A stretch of 64,000 bases of DNA from Myxococcota bacterium (GTDB lineage: Bacteria; Myxococcota_A; Polyangia; Nannocystales; Nannocystaceae). Numbering within the stretch: position 1 is the stretch's first letter; the number at the start of each line of letters is the position of its first letter. The stretch spans positions 34,158 through 98,157 of the forward strand of contig JBCCHT010000045.1 in assembly GCA_039028615.1 (NCBI GenBank), written 5' to 3'. The translations under genes were made by a program, and so were the position numbers. The notes beneath the pieces are model-generated. The model made no database searches. It was not told the DNA's origin and saw nothing but the letters and a program-made list of their open reading frames with translations. This document shows, in pieces, positions 39,759-51,932 of the stretch.

Positions 39759-40241
39759 CTACTCGACGCAGACGGCGACCATGACCTCGTCCGTGCCGCC
39801 CTCGGCATCGGTGAGCTCGAGGGTCACCTCCCAGTAGCCCGCCATGAACAGGTTGAGCGGGCTGAGCTCGAACTCGCCGGCCGACAGCTCGACGACCTCT
39901 TCCTCGACGGCGGTGCCGTGGCCGTGGTCGGGCATCCAGGGGGAGGCGTCGATGGTCATGCCCTCGAGCGGGGTGCCGTCGGCATCGGTGACCTGCACCG
40001 TCCAGGTGTTGTCGCCGCGGATCGGCTCGGCGGGCTCGGCCGCCACGACGCGCACCATGTGACGCTCGCCGGACTTGGTCAGGTCTACGGCGAAGTCGTC
40101 GACGCGATCCTCGCTCTCGCAGAGGGTGGCGGCCGCGTCGTCGTTCCCCGAGTCCATCGTGGTCTCTTCGCCGTCACACGCGGGCAGAGCGAGAGCGAGG
40201 GCGAGGGGGGTGACGCGGGCGAAGAGGCGGAAATCGAGCAT
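39759..40241 (-). CDS. YtkA/FixH-like lipoprotein
   Basis: Lipobox LPAC; GDNTWTVQVTD..PWMPDHGHG..LFMAGYWEV. Confidence 0.8.
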   Translation of the reverse strand: MLDFRLFARVTPLALALALPACDGEETTMDSGNDDAAATLCESEDRVDDFAVDLTKSGERHMVRVVAAEPAEPIRGDNTWTVQVTDADGTPLEGMTIDASPWMPDHGHGTAVEEEVVELSAGEFELSPLNLFMAGYWEVTLELTDAEGGTDEVMVAVCVE

Positions 40242-40476
40242 CGGGAGAATCTCCAGCGGGTTCACGGAGGCTACGAGAGCGGAGCGGATTCGGTTCGAGC
40301 AGTGAACGCCGCGCTCCTTGGGCATACGACACGGTCCGTGGCCGCTCAAGCGATGTACGCCCGCTGCGGCAATCGGTCACAGCTCGCGCGACGTATTTTT
40401 GCCCTCGGACGGTGTGGAACGGCGGGCGCGACGCTCACTCGTTGCAACGGCCTCGTCGACGGCCTGAGCGGCGGGG

Positions 40477-41505
40477 CTACCGTCGGGCGACGAGCAAGCG
40501 GCCGGGGTGCAGGCCGTCGATGTACTCGCGCACTGCGACGTAGGTCACGGGCACCACCGCCGTGTAGTAGAGCGACAGCCCGATCCCGCCCACCAACGCG
40601 ATGCCCATGCCGATGTACCAAGGCATGAACTGGGTGGGGAACAACACCGCTTGCAGCAAGAGGTTGGGTAGCAGCAGGGCCCACAGTATCGCGGTGCCGT
40701 TGCGCCAGCCCATGGTCCAGCTGCGCCGTAGGGCGTCGCCGAGCGCCAGCTCTTCGACGAGCATGACGGGCACGAGCATCGACGAGCCGACCAGGGCGCG
40801 CATGCCCAGGAACATGAACACCAGGACGCCGACGATCTGGATCAGCAGGGCGATGAAGTCCCAGGGGAGCATCCCCGCGAGCACGACCAGTCCGGTGACC
40901 AGACCCATGGTGATGGTCATGACCAGCATGGTGGCGAGGATGACGAAGAGCGAGCCGGCCATCAGCTGCGGTAGCTTGCCGACGGCGCGATTGAGCAGCA
41001 GCGAGAAGAACCCGCGGCGCTCGTCGGTGTGGACTTCGATGGCGGCGCCGATGAGCGGGGCCTGCAGCAGCAGGGCGGCCGACCACGCGAGCAGCATCAA
41101 CGCGATGACGCTGACGGGGTGGGTCACGGCATCGATGCCCACGCTCTGCGACAGGCTGTTGTCGAGCGCACCGAGGCCGGTGATCCCGAGCAGCATGCCC
41201 CATCCGAGCAGCGCGCTGGCGACCGCGATGCCGATCACCTGCAGCGGGCGTTCACCGATCAAATGAAAGGCACGCTCGATGATGTACGAGGTGTCGATCG
41301 TTTGATCGGGATGCGCCGCGAACAAGAACGCGGTGTCGTCGTCGTCCGGCGGCGTGAAGGCGGCGCCGGACGGGGCCGGGCGGCTCCGGTCCGCGTGACG
41401 GCGAGGACCACGGGGGCCGCGAGACGGTTTGCTGGTGGTCGAGCCGCGCGTCATCACCGTCGATGATGACGCATCCGGTCCGGTCTTGGTTGCACGGGGC
41501 GGCAT
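40477..41505 (-). CDS. Multi-pass membrane protein of unknown function
   Basis: About six hydrophobic segments; PVMLVEE..ALRRSW motif. Confidence 0.75.
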   Translation of the reverse strand: MPPRATKTGPDASSSTVMTRGSTTSKPSRGPRGPRRHADRSRPAPSGAAFTPPDDDDTAFLFAAHPDQTIDTSYIIERAFHLIGERPLQVIGIAVASALLGWGMLLGITGLGALDNSLSQSVGIDAVTHPVSVIALMLLAWSAALLLQAPLIGAAIEVHTDERRGFFSLLLNRAVGKLPQLMAGSLFVILATMLVMTITMGLVTGLVVLAGMLPWDFIALLIQIVGVLVFMFLGMRALVGSSMLVPVMLVEELALGDALRRSWTMGWRNGTAILWALLLPNLLLQAVLFPTQFMPWYIGMGIALVGGIGLSLYYTAVVPVTYVAVREYIDGLHPGRLLVARR

Positions 41506-41539
41506 AAATCCGCCCCGTGCCCCCCTCGTGTGGTCTCGA

Positions 41540-42577
41540 CTACGGCAGACGCAGGTCCGCGTCGGCCGCAGGGAACCACTGGCTGGCCATGCGAACGGCG
41601 TTGGTCGCCGCTCCGAGCCGCAGGTTGTCGGCGGTGATGGTCAGGCACAGCGCGGTGCCCTGGCCTCCGCGGGGGTCGAGCCGCAGCCGGCCCACCAGGG
41701 CGCGGTCGCGGTCGTGCACCCCGGCCAAGGCGCTGAGGCCATCGCCGGCCGCTCCGGGGAAGAAGCGGACGAAGGGCGACAGGGTCGAGTCCCCGAGCAC
41801 CGCGGCGATCTCCTCGAGGGCCGGCGTGTCGCGCAGCTCGATCCACGCGTTGATGTAGTGGCCGACCGCGACGGGCACCCGGCAGCACTGGGCGGAGACC
41901 CCGAGCTCGGGGAGCGCGAGGATCTTGCGGCTCTCGTTCATGAGCTTGCGCTCTTCCGAGGAGAAGCCGCTGTCGTCGGTCTTGCCGTTGTGGGGCACGG
42001 TGTTGCCCGCGTACCCGGTGGGATCGAACGCGGTGCCCAGGCGCTCGGCCTGCGCGTAGCCCTTGCCGGAGGTCTCGATGAACGAATCGAGCGCCCCGAT
42101 GCCCGCACCGCTGATCGCCTGGTAGCTGCTGACCGTGGCGCGGGTCAGGCCCCAGCGCTTGGCCAGCGGCTGGACCGCGAGGGCGAAGGGAATGGTGGTG
42201 CAGTTGGGGTTGGCCGCCAGCTTGGCGCCCTCGTTGGCGAGCAGGTTGCAGTTGACGCCCGCGACCACCAGAGGAACCTCGGGGTCCATCCGATAGGTGT
42301 TGCTCTTGTCGACGACGCGGTAGCCCAGCTCGAGCAAGCGCGGCACATAGCGACGGCTGAAGTCGTCGTCGAGCGCGACAAAGGCGAGGTCGCCCCCTTT
42401 GGTGTCTTTGTCCTCGAGGCGCGGCGCGCCTTTGACGGGCAAGCTGCGACCGTCCAACTCGAGGGTCTGGTCACGGCTTGCGTAGAGGTCTAGCTCGGCA
42501 TCGGGCCATGATCTGGCCACCAGTGCGAGCGTCTCGCGACCGACCAAACCGGTCGCTCCCAAGATGCAGATCTTCAT
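41540..42577 (-). CDS. asd: Aspartate-semialdehyde dehydrogenase
   Basis: ILGATGLVG, VVDKSNTYRM, ANPNCTT, YQAISGAG, EERKLMNESRKIL, CRVPVAVGH, DNLRLGAATN. Confidence 0.95.
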   Translation of the reverse strand: MKICILGATGLVGRETLALVARSWPDAELDLYASRDQTLELDGRSLPVKGAPRLEDKDTKGGDLAFVALDDDFSRRYVPRLLELGYRVVDKSNTYRMDPEVPLVVAGVNCNLLANEGAKLAANPNCTTIPFALAVQPLAKRWGLTRATVSSYQAISGAGIGALDSFIETSGKGYAQAERLGTAFDPTGYAGNTVPHNGKTDDSGFSSEERKLMNESRKILALPELGVSAQCCRVPVAVGHYINAWIELRDTPALEEIAAVLGDSTLSPFVRFFPGAAGDGLSALAGVHDRDRALVGRLRLDPRGGQGTALCLTITADNLRLGAATNAVRMASQWFPAADADLRLP

Positions 42578-42855
42578 GTGCGCCTCATACCACGGTTGGA
42601 GTGCGCAAAGGCACCGAAGGGGGAACCGACCCGCGCGCGAGGTCGGCTCGGATCGAAGGGGATGCGTCGACGGAACATATTGGGGGAGATCCCTAGGTCA
42701 GCCCTCACGGAGACGGTGGCCAAAGCATTCCGATCCACGGGTGAATTCTTCTTCACAACTCGATCTACGGTCAACGCCGCGAGCGTCGCTCGCGCTGCGC
42801 TGAGAGCCACGTGCGGCCCTTTCCGTGCCGCAGGGGCCATGCTACCCACGCGCCA

Positions 42856-44880
42856 ATGTCTGCCCGCGCCGCTTCGCCCCTGCGAGAGCACGATGCCGAT
42901 CTGCACACCACGCTGGTCAAGACCATCAAAGGTCTGACGATGGATGCGGTGCAGACGGCAAACTCCGGTCACCCCGGCATGCCGATGGGCACCGCCGACA
43001 TGGCCAGCGTGTTGTGGGCACGAGCGCTCGTGCACGACCCCGCCGATCCGAAGTGGCCCGACCGCGATCGCTTCGTGCTCAGTGCCGGGCACGGCTCGAT
43101 GCTGCTGTACTCGCTGCTGCACCTGCACGGCTACGACCTGTCGCTCGAGCAGATCAAAAACTTCCGCCAGTTTGGTTCGCTGACCCCGGGCCACCCCGAG
43201 GTCGACCACACCCCGGGCGTCGAGGTCACCAGCGGCCCCTTGGGCACGGGATTCGCCGCGGGCGTGGGCATGGCGCTGGCCGAGCGGATCCTGGCCACCC
43301 GCTACAACCGACCGGGGCACGAGGTCGTCGACCACTTCGTCTACGGCATCGTCAGCGACGGCGACCTGATGGAGGGCATCGCGTCCGAGGCGGGCAGCCT
43401 GGCCGGGCACCTGGGCCTGAGCAAGATCGTCTACCTCTACGACGCCAACCGCATCACCATCGACGGCTCCACCGATCTGTCCTTTACCGAGGACGTGGCC
43501 GCGCGCTTCACCGCGTACGGCTGGCACGTGCTGGAGGTCGACGGTCACGATCCCGCGGCCATCGGCGAGGCCCTGGCGGCAGCCAAGGCGGTCACCGATC
43601 GTCCGAGCCTCATCACCTGCCGTACCGTCATCGGTCAGGGCGCGCCCACCAAGGCGGGCACCTCGGGCTCCCACGGCGCGCCGCTGGGCCCCGACGAAGT
43701 CGAAGGCGCCAAGAAGGCGATGGACTGGCCGCTCGAGCCGTTCCACGTCCCCGGTGGCCTGCGCGAGGGCCTCGACGCCCAGGTCGCGCTCAGCAAGGCG
43801 CAGCGGGCCGACTGGGAGCAGCGCTTCGGGGCCTACCGTGCGCAGTTCCCCGAGCTGGCCGCCGAGCTCGAGGCCCTGTGGAGCGGGGCGTTGCCCAAGG
43901 GCACCCTCGAGTCGCTCGACGAGATTCAGTACGACGTCGGCAGCTCGGTCGCGACCCGCAAGGTCAGCGCCAAGGCCCTCGGGGCCCTGACCACGGCGCA
44001 CCCGACCCTGGTCGGTGGTTCCGCGGACCTCAGCGGCAGCAACGGCGTGAACGTCTCGCACCTGCAGACGCAGTCGCGCGAGGAGCCGGCCGGGCGCTCG
44101 GTGGCGTTCGGCGTGCGCGAGCACGGTATGGCCGGCATCTGCAACGGCCTCGCCCTGCACGGCGGCGTGCGCCCCTACGACGCCACCTTCTTGGTGTTCT
44201 CCGACTTCATGCGCGGCGCGATCCGTCTGTCCGCGTTGATGCAGCTGCCCGTCGTGCACCTGCTGTCGCACGACAGCGTGTTCCTCGGCGAGGACGGGCC
44301 CACCCACCAGCCCATCGAGCACTGCATGAGCCTGCGGCTCATTCCGCAGCTGCACGTGGTGCGGCCGGCCGACGCCAACGAGACGCTCGGCGCCTGGGCG
44401 ATGGCCATGAGCCGCGGCCGCGGCGACGGCCCCACGGCGATGCTGCTCACCCGGCAGGGCCTGCCCGTGCTGGAGCACACGCGACGTGACATCTCCCAGG
44501 GCGCCTACGTGCTGTGGGAGCCCGACGGCATCGGGGTGGACGATCTCCACGGGATCCTCATCGCCACCGGCTCCGAGGTGCACATCGCTCTGCGGGCCGC
44601 GCAGCGGCTGGCCGATGAGGGGATGAAGCTGCGTGTCGTCTCGATGCCCTGCTGGGAGGCCTTCGAGGCCCAAGAGCAGAGCTACCGCGACGAGGTGCTG
44701 CCGCCGTCCGTGACGCGTCGTCTCTCCGTCGAGGCGGGGACCACCATGGGCTGGGCGCGGTGGGCGGCTCACCAGCACGGCATCGACGGCTTCGGTGCGT
44801 CGGCCCCCGCCAGTGCGTTGGCGATGCACTTTCGGCTCACGGCCGACGCCATCGTCGACCGGGTCAAATCGCTCCCCTAG
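42856..44880 (+). CDS. tkt: Transketolase
   Basis: [52 protein letters not shown]. Confidence 0.97.
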   Translation: MSARAASPLREHDADLHTTLVKTIKGLTMDAVQTANSGHPGMPMGTADMASVLWARALVHDPADPKWPDRDRFVLSAGHGSMLLYSLLHLHGYDLSLEQIKNFRQFGSLTPGHPEVDHTPGVEVTSGPLGTGFAAGVGMALAERILATRYNRPGHEVVDHFVYGIVSDGDLMEGIASEAGSLAGHLGLSKIVYLYDANRITIDGSTDLSFTEDVAARFTAYGWHVLEVDGHDPAAIGEALAAAKAVTDRPSLITCRTVIGQGAPTKAGTSGSHGAPLGPDEVEGAKKAMDWPLEPFHVPGGLREGLDAQVALSKAQRADWEQRFGAYRAQFPELAAELEALWSGALPKGTLESLDEIQYDVGSSVATRKVSAKALGALTTAHPTLVGGSADLSGSNGVNVSHLQTQSREEPAGRSVAFGVREHGMAGICNGLALHGGVRPYDATFLVFSDFMRGAIRLSALMQLPVVHLLSHDSVFLGEDGPTHQPIEHCMSLRLIPQLHVVRPADANETLGAWAMAMSRGRGDGPTAMLLTRQGLPVLEHTRRDISQGAYVLWEPDGIGVDDLHGILIATGSEVHIALRAAQRLADEGMKLRVVSMPCWEAFEAQEQSYRDEVLPPSVTRRLSVEAGTTMGWARWAAHQHGIDGFGASAPASALAMHFRLTADAIVDRVKSLP

Positions 44881-45050
44881 CGCCTCAGGCCCCGATCGGG
44901 CCCGGCCGGCTCGTTCGCGCAGCATACGCTCACGAGGCAACTCACGGCGGCGGTGTCAAATGAAGGGGCGCCGAGCTTGCCGTTGGCGTGCCCGTCCGTC
45001 GGCGCTGTGGCATGCTCCGCGCGCTCCAGACCCAAGGGAGCCCCATAGCC

Positions 45051-47153
<2,103 letters not shown>

Positions 47154-47178
47154 GCGGCTTGGCTCTTCGGAGCGGAGG

Positions 47179-47212
47179 AGGGGTGCAGACTGGGTCTGTG
47201 CCCCTTTTTCTT
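47179..47212 (+). terminator. fusA intrinsic terminator
   Basis: AGGGGTGCAGAC-TGG-GTCTGTGCCCCT then TTTTCTT. Confidence 0.8.
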
Positions 47213-47221
47213 GGTTGCGGG

Positions 47222-47517
47222 GGTGGGGGCGCGGGGAGGTTCTGCTGGGGGCGCTCGGGTTGTGGGCACCGGGTTTGGCGTGCCGGTCGGGGGGGCGCCT
47301 GTTCGACGAAGCGCGGTTACCGGCCGTGCTCAAACAGTGGTTACACGCCCTCGCGGCAGCGTACGTACGCGCTCGAGCTGGGCTGACTCTGTTTGGTTGT
47401 GGGCGAGGCGCTTCCAAGACTGCGCGCGCCCGGTAACCGCGCTCCGACGAGCGGCTCCCGAATAGCTCGGCAAAGGTGGGCCGATCCGCAGGGGTTGGTT
47501 TGGGCTGGTGGCGCGCC
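47222..47517 (+). repeat. Left arm of long inverted repeat (296 bp)
   Basis: Reverse complement of 47873-48170; manual alignment gives about 17 mismatches and 2 indels. Confidence 0.95.
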
Positions 47518-47872
47518 ATGGGGCTGGCGTCCCGTTCGTCCGTCTCGGGTTGGCCATGGGTCTCGGGCTTTTCGAAACGCGAGTTGTCTGTGGCTCCCCG
47601 CGACTGAGACCGGAGCCGAGCAAGGAACGAGTTTGAGGTCACACGGCGCTCCGAAGAATGAGCAACGAGAGCGACGAGTGGTACCTGGGCGAATGCCCGA
47701 AGAATGGTTGTGGCTTCGCTCGATGAACGACGCTCCTGGAGCGGCAAACAATGCTGGGCGCGTGGACACCAATGCGCTCACGAGCACCGACCGCCCGCGA
47801 CGACCATCATGAAGCGACTCGCCCCCGACCGACGAACGCCCCGCAACGAGGCGCTCGAAGTGCCGAACCCTC

Positions 47873-48170
47873 GGCGCGCCACCAGCCCAAAACCCACCCC
47901 TTGCGGATCGGCCCACCTCTACCGAGCCACTCGGGAGCCGCTCGTCGGAGCGCGGTTACCGGGCGCGCGCAGTCTTGGAAGCGCCTCGCCCACAACCAGG
48001 CGAAGTCCACCAAGCTCGAGCGCGTACGTACGCTGCCGCGAGGGCGTGTAACCACTGTTTGAGCACGGCCGGTAACCGCGCTTCGGCGAACAGGCGCCCC
48101 CCCGACCGGCACACCAAACCCGGTGCCCACAACCCGAGCGCCCCCAGCAGAACTCCCTCGCGCCCCCACC
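47873..48170 (-). repeat. Right arm of long inverted repeat (298 bp)
   Basis: About 94% identical to left arm by manual alignment. Confidence 0.95.
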
Positions 48171-48184
48171 TCCAAAGAACCCGT

Positions 48185-48230
48185 CACACCAAACCAAGTG
48201 CCCACAACCCAAGCGCCCCCAGCTGAACCT
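48185..48230 (+). repeat. Partial direct copy of the outer end of the right arm (48110-48155)
   Basis: CACACCAAACCAAGTGCCCACAACCCAAGCGCCCCCAGCTGAAC vs CACACCAAACCCGGTGCCCACAACCCGAGCGCCCCCAGCAGAAC. Confidence 0.85.
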
Positions 48231-48248
48231 CTCCACGCGGCTGTGACG

Positions 48249-48288
48249 AAACAAAAAGGGCGCCCTCGCCGTAGCGAGCGCGCCCTTT
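48249..48288 (-). terminator. Intrinsic terminator of the OB-fold lipoprotein gene
   Basis: Minus strand AAAGGGCGCGCTCGC-TACG-GCGAGGGCGCCC followed by TTTTTGTTT. Confidence 0.75.
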
Positions 48289-48307
48289 GGCGTGAGTTCG
48301 TCGTGCG

Positions 48308-49756
48308 CTACGGAGCGGGGACGAAGTCGGCGGCGTCGCGGGGCGCCAGCTTGTAGTTGTCGAACGAGTAGCTCATCACGCCCGTGATCGAGGTGTACAC
48401 GTCGTCGACCGCGGGGTTGGGCCAGCTGGCCATCTCGAAGAAGGCATCGTCGAGCAGCAGCGTATCGTCGACCTGCCACTCGCCGAACTCGTTGGCCTCC
48501 ATCGTCACCGAGGCGTTGTCGACCTGGACGAGCACGCCCTCCCAGGCTTCGGCCATGGCTCCGCCGCCGACCACGTCGGAGGACAGGACCTCGGGCGCGG
48601 GGGCGGGGCCCGAGGCGCCGGCCATGATGTCGCTGGCGGAGGCGATCTGCAGCTGCGACTGGTCGAAGAACTCGTCGTAGGCGCCGCAGAGGGAGACCTG
48701 CATGCCGGGCATCGGGGTGAAGCCCTCGGCGTTCGGGGCGAACACGGACAGGCCCGAGAACTCGCCGCCGGTCGGCTCCTGCACCCAGAAGCCCTCGCCG
48801 TTGAAGGTCCACGGGGTGGTGACCACGACGTCTTCGATGTTCACCAGGGTGCCGGGAGCGACCATGCCCTGCTGGATGTCGAAGATGGTGGCGGGGGTGG
48901 CCGCCTCGGCGCAGTCGACGAGGGTGGCGTCGTAGTCCGCGTCGGTGCGCGGGGCGAGCTTGAACTCCTCGAAGTTGTACAGCAGCGGGCCCTGGGCGAA
49001 GCCCAGCTCGGTGCCGGGGAGGACGTCGAGCTGCCCGCCCTGCTCGAAGAGCCAGAAGTTGCTGATGATCAGGCCGTCGTCGACGGGGAAGTCACCGAAG
49101 TTGTTGGTGCCCTCGCTGGCGGTGACGTTCTCGACGCGAACGAGCACGCTCTCGTAGGCCTCCGCGGTGTCGCTACCCGTAGCGATCTCGGAGGGCTCGA
49201 CGGTGATCGGGTCGGGGACGTCGGTGCTACCGGTGACGGACAGCGACTCGACGGCGGTGATCGTGATCTGCGAGAAGTCGAAGAACTCGCTGTACTCGCC
49301 GGTGACGGTGACGATATCGCCGGGGCTCAGGGGCACGCCGGTCACGACGTCGGCGAAGAGGAACAGGTAGATGCCCGAGAACTGGCCGCCCTTGGGGTCC
49401 TGCACCGTGACGCCGCCGTCCTCGACCTGCACGGGGCTGGTGACGATGACGTCGTTGAGGGTGACGACGGTGCCGTCGGGCACGCTGCCCATCTGGATGT
49501 CGTAGATGGTGACTTCCTCGGCGTCGGTGGTGACGCCCGGTCCGCTGTCGGTCTCGTCCGCGGTGCCGCCCGAGGTGTTGTCGTCGGCGGAGCCTCCGGG
49601 GCCGTTGCTCGGACCGTTGCTCGTGCCCGCGGTACTGTCGCTACCGTCGGTCGTGTTGCCATCCATGTTGGGGTCTTCTTCGAGGCAACCCGCGGTGGCG
49701 AGTGAAGCCACACCGCCGAAAAGCAAGCCCGTCGACCATCGTGTCCAGTTAGTCAT
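48308..49756 (-). CDS. Lipoprotein made of a duplicated OB-fold-like unit, no catalytic domain seen
   Basis: Lipobox TAGC; TIYDIQ..VQDP..SGIYLF..GDIVTVTGEYSEFF..ESVLVRV..KLAPR repeated as TIFDIQ..VQEP..SGLSVF..EGVLVQV..KLAPR. Confidence 0.8.
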   Translation of the reverse strand: MTNWTRWSTGLLFGGVASLATAGCLEEDPNMDGNTTDGSDSTAGTSNGPSNGPGGSADDNTSGGTADETDSGPGVTTDAEEVTIYDIQMGSVPDGTVVTLNDVIVTSPVQVEDGGVTVQDPKGGQFSGIYLFLFADVVTGVPLSPGDIVTVTGEYSEFFDFSQITITAVESLSVTGSTDVPDPITVEPSEIATGSDTAEAYESVLVRVENVTASEGTNNFGDFPVDDGLIISNFWLFEQGGQLDVLPGTELGFAQGPLLYNFEEFKLAPRTDADYDATLVDCAEAATPATIFDIQQGMVAPGTLVNIEDVVVTTPWTFNGEGFWVQEPTGGEFSGLSVFAPNAEGFTPMPGMQVSLCGAYDEFFDQSQLQIASASDIMAGASGPAPAPEVLSSDVVGGGAMAEAWEGVLVQVDNASVTMEANEFGEWQVDDTLLLDDAFFEMASWPNPAVDDVYTSITGVMSYSFDNYKLAPRDAADFVPAP

Positions 49757-50051
49757 AGTTTGCGTTTCCCGTCTCCCGCCGCGTTTGGGGTGAGCCACGG
49801 CCGGTCTGTCGCGCGAGCGTCGGCGAGGGGCTGCACGCTGTCAAGATCGTCAGCGCACGGCCCGTGAGCGAAACCGGGATGGATTGCGGCTCCCCGACAC
49901 GGCGTTGTGACGCGTTGGCTGCGCCCCGGTGATTTGCTCCGGGGCGAGCCATTCATCACAGAGCAAACCACGACGGTTGCGGGAGCTGGACCCCGCCATG
50001 GCTCACCTCGTGTCGGTCACCTGGCCATCGAGTGGTACCGTGGATCGGCTC

Positions 50052-50822
50052 ATGTTCACGATCCGTCCGCAGCAGCTGCGATCCCTCGACGGCGAGGCCC
50101 TACGCGCGTTCGAGCAACTCACCACGCCGCGCGTCCAGGCCGAGTTCGGCGCTCTGTGTGACGCGATGGGAGCCGAGGTCCTCCGGGCGGCCATCGAGTT
50201 CGGGGCGGTGCGAGCGGCGAGTCACGACCTCGAGGACCACGACGACCTCGGGCTCTATGTCGATCTGATGCTGCGACTGGGTAGCCACTTCGACACCGAT
50301 CCGCAGCTGCCTTGGGCCGGGCACGGGTTCGCCGACGACACGGAGCCCAATCCGGGCCAGCGCTTACGCACGGTCGAGGCCTCGGCGAAGGAGCACCTGG
50401 AGATCGTGGGGGGCCCGGGGTGGCAGCTTTCGAGTGCGGTGTGGCAGCGCATGGCCGAGCGAGCGTGGCAGCAGTGGGAGGTCCCCGCCGGGTACGGGTT
50501 CGAGGCGGCGGTCGAGGCCACGCTCCGTGAGATCAACCCGGCCAAGGTTCGGAACCTCGAGGGCTGGGGCCGCGTGCGACGGTTGATCGAGGGGGGACGC
50601 GTCGCGGCGGCCGAGCACGGGCTGGCCGAGGACTGGGGCACGATGCTGTTCATCGCGCTGCGCTTCGCCCTGGGCACGGGAGTCGATCGAGATCCACAGT
50701 TTCCCTGGGTGGCGCGCTCGCTGGCGCCGAGCACCGAGGCCGAGCCCGCTTCGCCGGCGCAGGCGTTGTTGGACGAGACGAACGCGTTCTTCGAGCGGCT
50801 ACGAGCCTCGACGAGCGAGTGA
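50052..50822 (+). CDS. Hypothetical helical protein with internal duplication
   Basis: MFTIRPQQL start; LGSHFDTDPQLPWA and LGTGVDRDPQFPWV repeats. Confidence 0.7.
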   Translation: MFTIRPQQLRSLDGEALRAFEQLTTPRVQAEFGALCDAMGAEVLRAAIEFGAVRAASHDLEDHDDLGLYVDLMLRLGSHFDTDPQLPWAGHGFADDTEPNPGQRLRTVEASAKEHLEIVGGPGWQLSSAVWQRMAERAWQQWEVPAGYGFEAAVEATLREINPAKVRNLEGWGRVRRLIEGGRVAAAEHGLAEDWGTMLFIALRFALGTGVDRDPQFPWVARSLAPSTEAEPASPAQALLDETNAFFERLRASTSE

Positions 50823-50833
50823 GTCGCGCTCGC

Positions 50834-51880
50834 TCAGCGAGGGCGGTCCATCTGCTTGCGATGCTCGGCGGGCGTCTGCCCCGTCCAGCGTCGGAAGCTG
50901 CGATAAAAGGCGCGCGGATCGGCGTAGCCGAGCATGAAGGCGACCTCGCGGACCGGGATGGAGGTCTGGCGCAGCAGGTCCATGGCGCGAGCGCGGCGGA
51001 CCGCGTCGAGCTGCTCGCTGAAGGAGGTGCCCACCGAACGCAGGCCGCGTTGCAGGCTGCGAGCACTGAGGCCGAGGCGGCGGGCGACGTGAGCCTGATC
51101 GATCTGCCCGTGCACGAGGCCTTCGTCGATCACCACCCGCACGCGGGCGTCGAGGGGGTCGTCGGCGGGCGCGGGAGTCCGGGAGCGCTCGATGGCCTCG
51201 ACTTGTTGCTGTAGGTACTTCCCCACCGTCGGGTCGGCGCCCATGATCGGCAGCGCCAGGGTTTCTTGCGGGAAGCACACGCCGGTCCAGCCCGCCGAAA
51301 AGCGCACGGGGCAGCCGAACACGTCCTGGTAACGCTCGATGGGGTGGCGCTGCGCGTGGCGAAAGCAGACCTCGTGCGGCGGCGGAGTGCTGGCGTTGAG
51401 CCGCCGCGAGGTGAACATGACCGCGGCGATCATCATCTCCATGGGCTCGGCCATGGCCTCGACGCGGGGCTCGTGGGTGAGCGCGACGCGGGCCTGGCCC
51501 TCGCTCGACTCGATGGTCACCGACAGTCGCGGGTCGGCGAGGCGGCTGAAGCGGGCGTATAGGCGGAGGGCCTCGCCCAGGTCGCGGGCGTTGGCACACG
51601 CGTAGCCCACCACGCCCAGGGTCTGAGGGCTGAGGTAGCTGGCGTAGTCGAGCCCGAGGACGCGGTCGGGGAAGCGCTCGAGCAGCAGGTCCCACAGGCG
51701 GATCAACGACTCGTACTCGACGAGGTTGTCGGGGTCGCGCAGGTCGTCGGGCGGGATCTTGGAGGTCTCGATGAGCAACTCGTGGGGCAAACCCAAGGTC
51801 GCGCCATACGCGATCACGGCCAGCGGGAGCGACGCGAAGACGACATCGCCGTCGGTCGTGGGCGGGGCGGGTTGCGCCAT
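50834..51880 (-). CDS. AraC-family transcriptional regulator
   Basis: LGVVGYA..FGCPVRF N-domain; VARRLGLSARSLQRGL..EVAFMLGYADPRAFYRSFRRWTGQTP. Confidence 0.93.
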   Translation of the reverse strand: MAQPAPPTTDGDVVFASLPLAVIAYGATLGLPHELLIETSKIPPDDLRDPDNLVEYESLIRLWDLLLERFPDRVLGLDYASYLSPQTLGVVGYACANARDLGEALRLYARFSRLADPRLSVTIESSEGQARVALTHEPRVEAMAEPMEMMIAAVMFTSRRLNASTPPPHEVCFRHAQRHPIERYQDVFGCPVRFSAGWTGVCFPQETLALPIMGADPTVGKYLQQQVEAIERSRTPAPADDPLDARVRVVIDEGLVHGQIDQAHVARRLGLSARSLQRGLRSVGTSFSEQLDAVRRARAMDLLRQTSIPVREVAFMLGYADPRAFYRSFRRWTGQTPAEHRKQMDRPR

Positions 51881-51932
51881 GAGGGGGCTCGGCCTCAGTT
51901 TACGCGGGGCCTGCTACCATGGCTATCAGCCG

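Noticed and set aside
42574..44940. 788-aa minus-strand ORF
   Set aside because: Antisense shadow of tkt
47159..48356. Short ORFs within the inverted-repeat element, or a CRISPR interpretation
   Set aside because: ORFs are mirror translations of the repeat with no motifs; no regularly spaced repeat-spacer units and no cas genes
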